Shown here one piece after another: positions 39,859 to 50,708 of a DNA stretch of 64,000 nucleotides. The stretch is from Octopus vulgaris. Lineage: Eukaryota. Under the pieces are notes generated by a model. The model was not told where the DNA came from, made no database searches, and saw only the letters and a list, made by a program, of their open reading frames with translations. Position 1 is the stretch's first letter. Each line of letters opens with the position of its first letter. The translations under genes and the position numbers were made by a program. The stretch is taken from positions 70,556,001 through 70,620,000 of the forward strand of contig OX597827.1 in assembly GCA_951406725.2 (NCBI GenBank), in the 5' to 3' direction.

Positions 39859-39889
<31 letters not shown>

Positions 39890-39891
<2 letters not shown>

Positions 39892-40282
39892 TTTTCTCTT
39901 CTTTTTCTTGTTACAGTCATTTGACTGTGGCCATGCTAGAGCATCACTTTTAGTCAAAGACATCGACCCCAGGACTTATTCTTTGTAAGCCTAGTACTTA
40001 TTCTATTGGTCTCTTTTTGCCGAACTGCTAAGTGATGGGGACGTAAACACAACAACATCGGTTGTCAAGTGACGGTGGTGAACAATCACAGACACAAACA
40101 GCAAACACATACATACATATATATACATATATATGACGGGCTTCTTTCAGTTTCCATCTACCAAATCCACTCACAAGGTTTTGGTCAGCCCGAGGCTATA
40201 ATAGAAGACAATTGCCCAAGGTGCCACGCAGTGGGACTGAACCCCAAACCATGTGGTTGGGAAGTAAGCTTCTTACCACACA
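39890..40282 (-). mobile_element. SINE family A
   Basis: Reverse complement of family A. Confidence 0.88.
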
Positions 40283-40575
40283 TTTTGAACATGCAGATGA
40301 AGCTCCTATTCCATTATGCCAGCCCCGGTCTAATAATGCTGACTAGTGAACCAGTTTTTTGGGGTCTCATCGAGCTGTGCTGATATAATGTAGGATAAAT
40401 ATAATAATAATAAAAAATATTATAAGATTACCCATGGGTTCTAAGGACCACACTGTAATGATCCCAGAAATACAGACTGTGATCTTAAGGGATTTGTGGA
40501 AACATGCATAGCGATGTATTAAATGTTTATAAATTCCATCCAAGAATTATTGTTGTTATTGTTGTTATTATTATT

Positions 40576-40951
40576 AGGAGTGGCTGTGTCGTAGGAAGCT
40601 TGCTTCGCAACCACATAGTTCCAGGTTCAGTCCCACTGTGTGGCACCTAGGGCAAATGTCTTCTACTATAGCCTGGGGCTAGCCAAAGTCTTGAGTGGAT
40701 TTAGTAGACGGAAACTGAAAGAAGCCTATCATATGTGTGTCTGTGTGTGTGTGTATTTGTGTCTGTTTGTCCTCTTGCCATCACTTGACAACTGATGTTG
40801 GTGTGCTTATCTTCCCGTAACTTAGCGGTTCGGCAAAAGAGTCCGATAGAATAAGTACTAGGCTTACAAAAAATAAGTCCTGGGGGTCAAGTTGTTCGAC
40901 TAAAGGCAGTGCTCCAGCATGGCCACAATCAAACGACTGAAACAATTAAAA
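40576..40951 (+). mobile_element. SINE family A
   Basis: Family A head to tail. Confidence 0.88.
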
Positions 40952-41486
40952 CAATATATATACAACAGGCTTCTTTCAGTTTCCATCAACCATATCCACT
41001 CCCAAGGCCTTGACCACCACCACTGCTTGACAGCCATTGTTTGTTCATTTACATCCTGTGACTTAGTGGTTCAGCAAAAACAATTAAGTACTGGGGTCAG
41101 TTCATTCAACTAAAGATCAAGGTGGTGCCCCAGCATGGCCGCAGTCTAATGAATGAAACAAATAAAAGAACAAGAGAATTAGTCTTGCTATTTGTGAAGT
41201 CCTGCAAGCCACAGTTTGACCATAACTGGTCTCTATCATACACAAAGCCTCAAAAAAAAAAGAAAAAGAAACCAAACAAGATGGGATGGTCATGTTTGGA
41301 ATGCCTTTTATAATAAGCTTTTTCAGTCAGAGCTGACCTAAATCTAAGCAGCAGTAGCACCATCAGCATCATCCTCACCAACAACACCATTGTCAATAAA
41401 ATCTTATCTAGGAATTTTATACCCAAACGAAAGAGATATTTGCCAATATCATACGGCATAAATATACAATACAGTAATATACTGTC

Positions 41487-41985
41487 TGGTGGTGGTGGTG
41501 TTGGGGTGGTAATGTGGTGGGGGTGGGGGTGGCGGCGATGGTAATGGTGTTGGTGGTGGTAGTGGCAGTGGTGGTGATGGTAATGGTGTTGGTGGTGGCA
41601 GTGGTAGTGGTGGTGATTGTGCTGGTAGTAGTGGTGGTGGTGGTGGCAGTGCTGGTTATGGTGGTGGTGGTGGTGGTGGTGGCAGTGCTGGTTATGGTGG
41701 TGGTGGTGGTGGTGGTGGTGGTGGCAGTGCTGGTTATGGTGGCAGTGGTGGTTATGGTAGTGGTGGTTGTGGTGGCAGTCGTGGTTATGGTAATGGTGGT
41801 GGTGGTAGTGGCAGCAGCAGTGGCGGTGATGGTAATGGTGGTGGTGGTGGCAGCAGTGGTGGTGATGGTAATGGTTGTAATGGTGTTGGTGGTGGTGGTG
41901 GTGGTGGTGGTGGTGGTGGCAGCAACAGTGGTGATGGTGGTGGTGGTGGGGGATAGTAATGGTGATGATGGTAGTAGCAGTGGTG
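41487..41985. repeat. (GGT)n-based tract with higher-order ggcagtgctggttat units
   Basis: Direct inspection. Confidence 0.92.
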
Positions 41986-42366
41986 TTGTTTATTGTGGTA
42001 GTCTTGTTGATGTTCTTTAACCTTAGTTCAGTAATGATCAAGCAGACCTCTGATAAAAAAAAAATCATGGCCTTTCCTGTGATAAATATCCTGTTCCTTT
42101 CCATTTAAAAAAAAAATTTTTTTCAGGCATAGCATTTCTGGGACTACATTATCGAATGTGTCATTCTTTTTTAGATCAATAATGTGCAATCTAAGGAAGA
42201 TTTAACTGCTATTTCTAGTAGATGCCGTGCTCACATATAGATTCATTGGTCATTATTGATGCTTAGCCCTGGGTCCAGTTGATTGACCAGTTGGGCTTGT
42301 TGGTTATATTGAATTAGCATGTAAACAGGCTGAGTATTCCAGACACATGTATCCTTAACTTATACG

Positions 42367-42668
42367 CTTTTACTCTTTTACTTGTTTCAGTCATTTGACT
42401 GTGGCCATGCTGGAGCACCGCCTTTAGTCGAGCAAATCGAACGCAGGACTTATTCTTTGTAAGCCTAGTACTTATTCCATTGGTTTATTTTGCTGAACCG
42501 CTAAGTTACAGGGACGTAAACACACCAGCATCGGTTGTCAAGCGATGTTGGGGGGGACAAACACAGATACACAAGCATATACACACACACATATATATAC
42601 AACAGGCTTCTTTCAGTTTCCATCTACCAAATCCACTCACAAGGCTTTGGTCAGCCCGAGGCTATAGT
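42367..42668 (-). mobile_element. SINE family A (head deleted, abuts MITE dimer)
   Basis: Reverse complement of family A body. Confidence 0.88.
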
Positions 42669-43135
42669 GATACCAGCCTGGCTGAAACCGGCTCTGGCTC
42701 TGTAGTACAAATGTCTTGTTTTCATAAGTTTTTAATTAAAATCTTCCACCAAACCTTAGTCACAATTTATGTTCCTAACACTAGCTGAATGATAACTAAG
42801 TTATTTTACTAAATTCTTAGTTATATTTAAAATTCAAAGAAACACAGAGCATCTCAAAATAAATACCGTAATGAAAGGGTTAAAATATATAATAGAGAAA
42901 CAATTCTTAACCCTTTCGATACCAACCTGGCTGAAACCGGCTCTGGCTCTCAGTACAAATGTCTTGTTTTCATAAGTTTTGAATTAAAATCTTTCACCAG
43001 ACCTTAGTCGCAATTTATGTTCCTAACACTAGCTTAATGATAACTAAGTTATTTTACTAAATTCTTTGTTATATTTAAAATTAATTGAGAGAAATACAGA
43101 GCATCTCAAAATATATACAGTAACGAATGGGTTAA
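42669..43135 (-). mobile_element. Tandem dimer of TTAA piggyBac-like MITE with the same 23-bp spacer as 22552-23031
   Basis: Spacer aatatataatagagaaacaattc (42884-42906) is the reverse complement of 22781-22803 with one mismatch. Confidence 0.88.
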
Positions 43136-43149
43136 TCACATAGTAGGAT

Positions 43150-43410
43150 TCTGGGATGTTGTAGTATTCCTTTGGGGTCTTATAGATATTTTTGGATGTT
43201 ATGTTTGAAATCCAGTATGTTGTATTAGTGTTGTAGGGTGTTGTAACAATGCCAAGATGGTCTTATAGTAATATTCTGTGGTGGTATTGCAGTACTGTTT
43301 TGGGGTGTTGTAGAAGTGTTTTCTAGGGTGTTGTAGAAGTCCTCTGGAGGGTATTGTAGCAGTGTTCATATGATTGTATTAAAATAATGTTCTGGGGTGT
43401 TATAGATGTC
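43150..43410. repeat. Degenerate tandem repeat (gggtgttgtagaagtgtt-like)
   Basis: Recurrent gtgttgtag words. Confidence 0.6.
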
Positions 43411-43681
43411 TGGGTGCTTGGATTGTGATTTTACATCTTGAGACAGGGACTGCACACAAGTCACAGAATTCTTAGAATGATATTGTTGATGTTGTTGTTT
43501 AGCTCTGAATAAACTCAGATCAAACAGAGCCAAGATCAAATAGAGCCAAAGTTATTGCCACCCATGGTGTAATAGCCACATCTTGTTTTCATCAACGGTG
43601 TACCTCAGACCACATTATACAATATGTCCTATTTTACGCTGGTAATCATGTCGTTTGAGGGAAATTTCACAGCTATTTCTA

Positions 43682-43841
43682 GGCACAGGAGTGGCTGTGT
43701 GGTAAGTAGCTAGCTTACCAACCACATGGTTCCAGGTTCAGTCCCACTGTGTGGTACTTTGGGCAAGTGTCTTCTACTATAGTCTTGAGCCAACCAAAGC
43801 CTTGTGAGTGGATTTGGTAGATGGAAACTGAAAGAAGCCCG

Positions 43842-43888
<47 letters not shown>

Positions 43889-44100
43889 TGTGTGTCTGTG
43901 TTTGTTCCCCCCCCCCCAAACACCCGACAACCAGTGCTGGTGTGTTTATGTCCCCGTAACTTAGCGGTTCAGCAAAAAGAGACCGATAGAATAAGTACTA
44001 GGCTTACAAAGAATAAATCCTTGGGTCGATTTCCTCGTCTAAAGGCGGTGCTCCAGCATGGCTGGAGTCAAATGACTGAATCAAGTAAAAGAGTAAAGAG
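43682..44100 (+). mobile_element. SINE family A, full length with expanded TA tract
   Basis: Family A head to tail. Confidence 0.9.
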
Positions 44101-44351
44101 TATTTTGTAATGCTCGGGTACTCATTGTATAGTTGTCTAGGGACATTTTTGAGGGAGTGAGTGACTGTACATAGTTGATGGTGATTGAATATGATTGGTG
44201 GTGATTGGATATGACTGAGGGTGAGAACTGAGAAGATCAGAGATTTCTCTCGCAACGGCCTGTGTCCTTTGGATGGAGAGCTGGTCATCATTTTAAGTAA
44301 TTTTTTTTTTTTTGCGTCATTGTGTAGGTGATCTGTCTGTCAGTGTGATCG

Positions 44352-45075
44352 ATGTTGTTGCATGTGGTGGTGGTGGTGGTGGTGGTGGTAGTGATGGCGG
44401 CAGTGATGGTAATGGTGGTGGTGGTGGTGGTGGTGGCCATACTTGTGATGCATGAGATGGTGGTAGTTGTGTATGTAATGATGTATATGGTGGTGGTAGT
44501 GCTTGTGGCAGCGGCGGTGGTAGTGGAGGTTGAAGCCATCATGGTGGTTGTGTTGTGGTGAAGGTGGTGGTAGTTGTCACCGTCGTCATCATTACTGTTG
44601 TAGCAGTGATAGTGATAGTAGTGGTGGTGGTGGTGATAGTCGTCATTGCTGTTATAATTGTTACTGTTGTGGTGGTAGTGGTGGTGGTGGTGGGTGCTAG
44701 TGCTATTGTTGAATGTGATAGTGATGATGGTGACAGTGGTGGTACTGATGATGGTGGTGGCAGTGGCACTGCCGTTACGTGTCGGTGGCAGTGGTGTTAC
44801 TGTTAATGTATGTGACAGTAGTGGTGGTGGTGGTAGTGGTGGTGATGCTGTTATGTGATGGTGGTGGTGCTGTACTTGAATGTGGTGATGGTGGTAGTGG
44901 TGCTGGTGTTGTTGTTGTTACTGTTGTTGTTGCTGTTGATGGTGATGGTTTAATTTTTGTTGTTGTAGTAGTTGTTGTTGCTGAGGTTGTCGGCCTCTGC
45001 TGTGGTGGTCGTGGTGATTTGGAAGGCATTGCTGTAGGAGTTACTGTTAATGTCGCTGCTGTAATCGCTGTTGTT
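44352..45075. repeat. Degenerate (GGT)n/(GTT)n tract
   Basis: Direct inspection. Confidence 0.9.
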
Positions 45076-46365
45076 TTAGCTGCAGGCTGGTCCTGGTTGC
45101 GCACCAGACTTATGACCCAGGGCACTCCAACTGTGACCAACCCGTTTAATTTGTATACTTAGAACTACATTCACAAAACGTGCCATTCCTTGTTCAAGAC
45201 AATAGGGTGTGATTTGAGGGTATCTGGCTGTCATTTCTGATAGACCGAGAGACCATGTAGAGACTCTGGGAGAGAGTACCACCATCACCACCACCACCAA
45301 CACCACCATCGTGGTGGTGATGGTGGTGGTGGTGGTGGTGGTGGGTAGAGGTTGATAAAGATGGTAGTAGTATGAGGAGGTGGAAGAGGAGTGGTGGGGA
45401 GGGGGGAGAGACTAAGACATCTATTGTTGTGTAATACTATTACGCAGCATTTCACAGCGGTGTTGTATTGACTGAGGAGGTAGTGCATATGTGCCTGATG
45501 AGGAAGGAAGGGAGGGCGGTGGTAGTAGTAGTAGTGGGAGTAGAAGGTGAAGGAGGAGGAAGAGAAGAAGAAGAACAACAACAACAATAACAATAACTAG
45601 GAATGAAGAAGGAGGAATGAGGATGAAGAAGAACAAGAAGTGAAGGAGTAATGATGATGACAATGATGATGATGATGATGAAGAAGAACAGCAACAACAA
45701 GAAATGAAGAAGGAATGATGATGATGATGATGGTGAAGAAGAAGAACAACAACAAGGCTAGAAGGAAATATGCAACAGACAGACAGATAGACAGACAAGA
45801 AGAAGGAAGATAGGCAGACGGACGGATGGACAGACGGACTGCCAAGGTGCTCGGATATGTGGTGAGGAAAAGATCGAAGAAAGAGGGGGAGTGTTTTGTT
45901 TGAGAGAAAGAGATGGATAGAAAGTGTGTGTGAGAAAGATAGAGAGCGGGAGAGAGAGAGAAAGGGAGAAGAAAGAAGAGAGAGAGAGAGAGAGAGAAAG
46001 AAAGAGACTGGAAGAGAGCGAAAGAGAATGTGTGTCAGAGTGTGTATGTGTGGGAAAACCTGAGATAAAACAGACAGCAGTGTGTGTATATGTGTGTATC
46101 TATGTATATGTATGTATATATATATATATGTGTATATATATATATGTATATATATATATGACACTGATACCAAACTGTAGCTTTCCTAAGGTAGCGGTCA
46201 TTCCCTTGGGTGTTACCCGCAGCATGGATAGGGAACACTTGCTCATAGGGACAACGGTCAGCCCTTCTTAAACAAAAATTGTTGCGCAGGCCTGTCTACA
46301 GGGGCAGACACAGCATCAGGTATTGAATGATGGAGGCCTTGATTGTTATGTTTTAAATTTCATTT

Positions 46366-46703
46366 TTTATTTGTCTCAGGCATTGAACTGCTGCGACCAT
46401 GCTGGGGCACTGCCTTGAAGGGTTTTAAGCTAGTGAATTGACCCCCACAAGACTTATTTTCTTTTTAAGCTGGCTACTCTTTCTCTCAGTCTATTTTTGC
46501 TGAACTGTTAAGTTACAGGGATGTAAACAAACCAACACTGGTTATCAGGGACAAACACAAACAAAAAGACATGCATACACACAGAAACACATACATACAC
46601 ACACACACATATGTGCAAACACACACAAGCACACACACACACATATAGAGTTTCAGTCTCCCAAATCCACTCCCAAGGCTCTGGTCAGCCCAGGGCTATA
46701 GTA
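46366..46703 (-). mobile_element. SINE family A, older diverged copy
   Basis: gaccatgctggggcactgcc, ccaaatccactcccaaggctctggtcagccc. Confidence 0.7.
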
Positions 46704-47004
46704 CATGCATGGGTCAGATGGATTTTGCTGAGGGAGGTTTTTCTACTGTCAAATGTCCTTAAAGTTGCCTACTTTCACCTTTTTTCCAGGCAAGGAAATA
46801 TTTCTTCATGGCCAGACATTTTCCACAGAAGACTGGAAAAGAGCAACATTGATCGTATGATAGTGGTGATTGTTTAGAACCATCACATGATGACAATACA
46901 AGAGTACACACATACACACATATATGTGTGTATATATAAATATATATATGTGTATATATACACACAACAACAACTATATAATAATATAACATAATATATA
47001 TGTG

Positions 47005-47065
<61 letters not shown>

Positions 47066-47071
<6 letters not shown>

Positions 47072-47212
47072 CAAAAACGGGACAAGAACGCAAAACATCC
47101 AGACAGTTAGGTGAAACAAAAAAAGGGGAAAACAAAATATCAAAACAAAATTTCCCCTTTTTTTGTTTCACCTGTCTGGATGTTTTGCGTTCTTGTCCCA
47201 TTTTTGTATTTT
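47066..47212. repeat. Fold-back inverted repeat (about 62-bp arms, 19-nt spacer) in (TA)n
   Basis: aaaatacaaaaacgggacaagaacgcaaaacatccagacag..gtgaaacaaaaaaaggggaaa and its reverse complement. Confidence 0.9.
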
Positions 47213-48219
47213 TTTATATATAAAATTTATATATAAATTGATATATACACAGACACACACATAGCTTCAATTATGTAATAACATATATATATACTCCAGT
47301 TTAAAGCAACACTTTATCTAAGCAATTGACTGAAAAAAATGATGAGCTGACTCCAACTGGAATCAAACCCACAAATCAATGCTTACACGGCTCCCTGTGC
47401 ATTCGATATACATATATAGATGCATATATATATATATATATAAGTAGGTGAATGAATTATCCTATGTTTATCGTCAGCATGGAAAATTCGTTTAACCGAA
47501 AACATATGTCGTTTAACTCGAAACATATGTCGAGAGTAAAGGAATTTTGTTAACATCTTCGTTCGACTCCATTCTTTCATTTATTTATATATAAGAGAAA
47601 AAAATCTATCAGAAAGGAACTCTATCTCTCTTAAAAAAATATCTTTTGATAAGCATAACAAATGCGCAACCGGTAAAAATAACTTTCACCTAATTAAATA
47701 CACTCTCCCTTACTTAAATTATTTTTGTCAGCATTTTCTTCATTTCCTTTTTATATATAGATGTATATAAATTATATATATATATATATTAAATGCTCGA
47801 AATATGAGACTAGAAAAACAGCCAACAACTGACAAAGGGGTGTTCTTTGTGTTGTTTGTTTTGTTTTCCATTTGTGTCTTTCGTTGTTCGAAAGAATAGT
47901 TCATGTTCCATGTACGTGCGCTTCATACTTTTTTGTTGTACTTCATTTCAGGTTGCTTTGATTTGCTCAGCTGGCAAAAAGGAGTTATCCTGCGACAGAC
48001 CGTCATCCCATCCAGGTGGGGAACATATACGCCATAGAAAATGGCCCTTATGAGTCTGTATGACTCGAGAAGGTAACTTTTCCCCCTGCCTGACGAAGAT
48101 TGCTAAAAACCATCCCATAGTGAAAAACAAAAGACCTGACAAAATGCTGGATGAACCCAGAAGCTTAGAATAATGCACAGGTGGTGTTAGAAATAGTCGA
48201 GATGGAGTAATCAACGTGG

Positions 48220-48465
48220 GTGGAGGTGCGTGGCTTAGTGGTTAGGGTGTTGGACTCATGATTCTAAGATTGAGGTTTCAATTCCTGGACCAAGCGATGC
48301 ATGGTGTTCTTGAGCAAAACATTCCTTTTCACATTGCTTCCGTTCACTCAGCTAGCAAAAGTGAGTAATCCTGCAAAGGACTGACATCCCATCCAGGTGG
48401 GAAATTTATACACCATGGAAACCAGGAGACAGGCCCTTACGAGTCAGCGTGACTCAAGTAGGAAT
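48220..48465 (+). mobile_element. SINE family H
   Basis: gtggaggtgcgtggcttagtggttaggg head and cactcagctagcaaaagtgagtaatc core. Confidence 0.8.
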
Positions 48466-48555
48466 TTTACTTTTTATTTTACTTACCTAGTAACTGTTGT
48501 TACTATTTACATTATTTACATTTGACGAATATTTGTTCTCATCCTTTTTGGTGTT

Positions 48556-48601
48556 AACACAACATTTTGGCTGATATACCCTCCAGCCTTCATCAGGTGT
48601 C
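48556..48601 (-). ncRNA. Minimal hammerhead motif (CpG-decayed)
   Basis: gacac CTGATGA a-ggctg-gagggtatat-cagcc AAAAT-G-TT gtgtt; GAAAC mutated to AAAAT. Confidence 0.5.
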
Positions 48602-48834
48602 TTGGGGAAATTTCAAACCTGGGTTCTCATTCCTAAGGTATTTTTCGATATTATTATTATTATTATGCCCGTGGGCATATGGCGTAGTGGTTAAGAGCGC
48701 AGGCTACTAACCCCAAGATTTCGAATTCGATTCCAGGCAGTGACCTGAATAATAATAATAATAATAATAATGATTTTAACAACAACATCGAAAACTACCT
48801 TAGGAATGAGAACCCAGGTTCGAAATTTCCCTAA

Positions 48835-48877
48835 GACACCTGATGAATGCTGGAGGGTATATCAGCCGAAACGTGTT
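48835..48877 (+). ncRNA. Minimal hammerhead-like motif
   Basis: gacac CTGATGA at-gctg-gagggtatat-cagc-c GAAAC gtgtt; the UH triplet appears deleted. Confidence 0.5.
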
Positions 48878-48891
48878 AATAATAAACAAGA

Positions 48892-49302
48892 GGCGCAGGA
48901 GTGGCTGTGTGGTAAGTAGCTTGTTTACCAACCACATGGTTCCGGGTTCAGTCCCACTGCGTGGCACCTTGGGCAAGTGTCTTCTACTATAGCCTCGGGC
49001 CGACCAAAGCTTTGTGAGTGGATTTGGTAGATGGAAACAGAAAGAAGCCCGTCGTATATATGTATATATATGTATCTGCGTGTATGTTTGTGTGTCTGTG
49101 TTTGTGCCCCTAGCATTGCTTGACAACCGATGCTGGTGTGTTTATGTCCCCGTCACTTAGCGGTTCGGCAAAAGAGACCGATAGAATAAGTATTGGGCTT
49201 ACAAAGAATAAGTCCCGGGGTCGAGTTGCTCGATTAAAGGCGGTGCTCCAGCATGGCCTCAGTCAAAATGACTGAAACAAGTAAAAAGAAAAAAAAAAGA
49301 GA
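48892..49302 (+). mobile_element. SINE family A, full length
   Basis: Family A head to tail. Confidence 0.92.
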
Positions 49303-49580
49303 GAATAAGGACAAATATCTGTCAAATGTAAATAATGTAAATAGTGTACATAATTCCTCATCTCTTAAATATAGAACTGTGTTGTTATTGTTTTTTAGCT
49401 CTGAGGTCAGTATTCTAGGGCTAGACAACAACATGAACTATGAGCAAAGATGTTCCAGCCATGACCACCACCACATCTGTTCCATACATCCCAGTTCTCC
49501 AATAGCCCAATGTACCCTTCAATTCGATTCATAAGACCACAGGGTGCTGTTTGAGGGAATATTTTGACTGACTGCTATTT

Positions 49581-49995
49581 ATTTCTTTACTGCCCACAAG
49601 GGGCTACACACAGAAGGGACAAACAAGGACAGACAGACAGACGGATTAAGTCGATTATATCGACCCCAGTACGTAACTGGTACTTGTTTAATCGACCCTG
49701 AAAAGATGAAAGGTAAAGTTGACCTCGGCGGAATTTGAACTCAGAACGTAGCGGCAGACAAAATACCTATTTCTTAACTACCCACAAGGGGCTACACACA
49801 GAGGGGACAAACAAGGATTGACAAACGGATTAAGTCGATTACATTGACCCCAGTGTGTAACTGGTACTTATTTAATTGACCCTGAAAGGATGAAAGGCAA
49901 AGTTGACCTCGGTGGAATTTGAACTCAGAACGTAGCAGCAGACAAAATACCGTTAAGCATTTCACCCGGCATGCTAACGATTCTGCCAGCTAGCC
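49581..49995 (-). mobile_element. SINE family D, head plus two body units
   Basis: 15-bp TSD gactgactgctattt at 49566-49580 and 49996-50010. Confidence 0.92.
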
Positions 49996-50448
49996 GACTG
50001 ACTGCTATTTCTAGTAAGACAAGTCAAGCAATGACATCAGTGCACAATCACTGATTCTGCATTAAATGCGGGGACAACAAGAGACAAACGTAGATCGTCT
50101 GTGAAGGCTGGAAAGAAACGAGGTGACCAGGATCCATTCGATGTGTAAAACAGTAACCTGAACGAAAAATCAAAGTGCATGTGAACTGTGGGAGCTGCTG
50201 GTTGATAGGAAAGACATCAGTCAGTGATACATAGGAGAAATAACTATACCTGATGTGGACGTGAAATGGATATATGGTTTGATGAAGAGAAGCTCTGCAG
50301 AGGAGAAAGCTCTGTGATGGTGGCAGTGGTGGAGCTAATGTCCCAGAAGAAATGGTGAGGACAGACTTCAAGACTTTGGACTTGGCAAATGTAATGAATT
50401 TGAAACTTGACAGGAGTGATATATAATATACTGTATAGTAGACATGTC

Positions 50449-50708
50449 CATGGATACGTGTGGCTTCATGGTCAGGGTGTTGCACTCCTGATCGCAAGAT
50501 TGTGGTTTCAGTTCCTGGACTGGGTGATGTATTGTGTTCTTGAGCCCCCCCCCCCTCCCCCCAAGGTTTCATTTCACATTTGCTCAGTCCACTCAGCTGG
50601 CAAAAATGAGTAACCCTACGACAGATTGGTGTCCATCCAGAGGGGAATGTATATGCCATAAAATCTGGAAAACTGTCCTTATGAGCCTATAACTTGTGCA
50701 GAACCTTT
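50449..50708 (+). mobile_element. SINE family H
   Basis: Head plus gtccactcagctggcaaaaatgagtaac core. Confidence 0.78.

Larger units (their letters stand above)
48502..49380 (+). mobile_element. tRNA-headed, hammerhead-bearing Penelope-type short element with inverted 5' copy (interrupted by SINE A)
   Basis: Inverted body 48502-48666, tRNA-like head 48671-48747, (AAT)n, body 48788-48890 resuming at 49303-49380. Confidence 0.7.

Noticed and set aside
41250-42104. 284-aa His-rich ORF
   Set aside because: Reverse frame of a (GGT)n tract flanked by family I repeats; no splice or domain evidence.
44249-44283. LCPLDGE resembling the PLE Cys-rich linker
   Set aside because: Only a few residues match, with no flanking motifs in any frame.
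45490-45515. CTGATGA at 45495-45501 as a hammerhead core
   Set aside because: No stem II or downstream GAAA/stem III; lies in GA-rich low-complexity sequence.
50048-50410. 203-aa minus-strand ORF as a host exon
   Set aside because: The first half is a SINE H; the remainder looks at best like a highly decayed LINE tail that I cannot assign.
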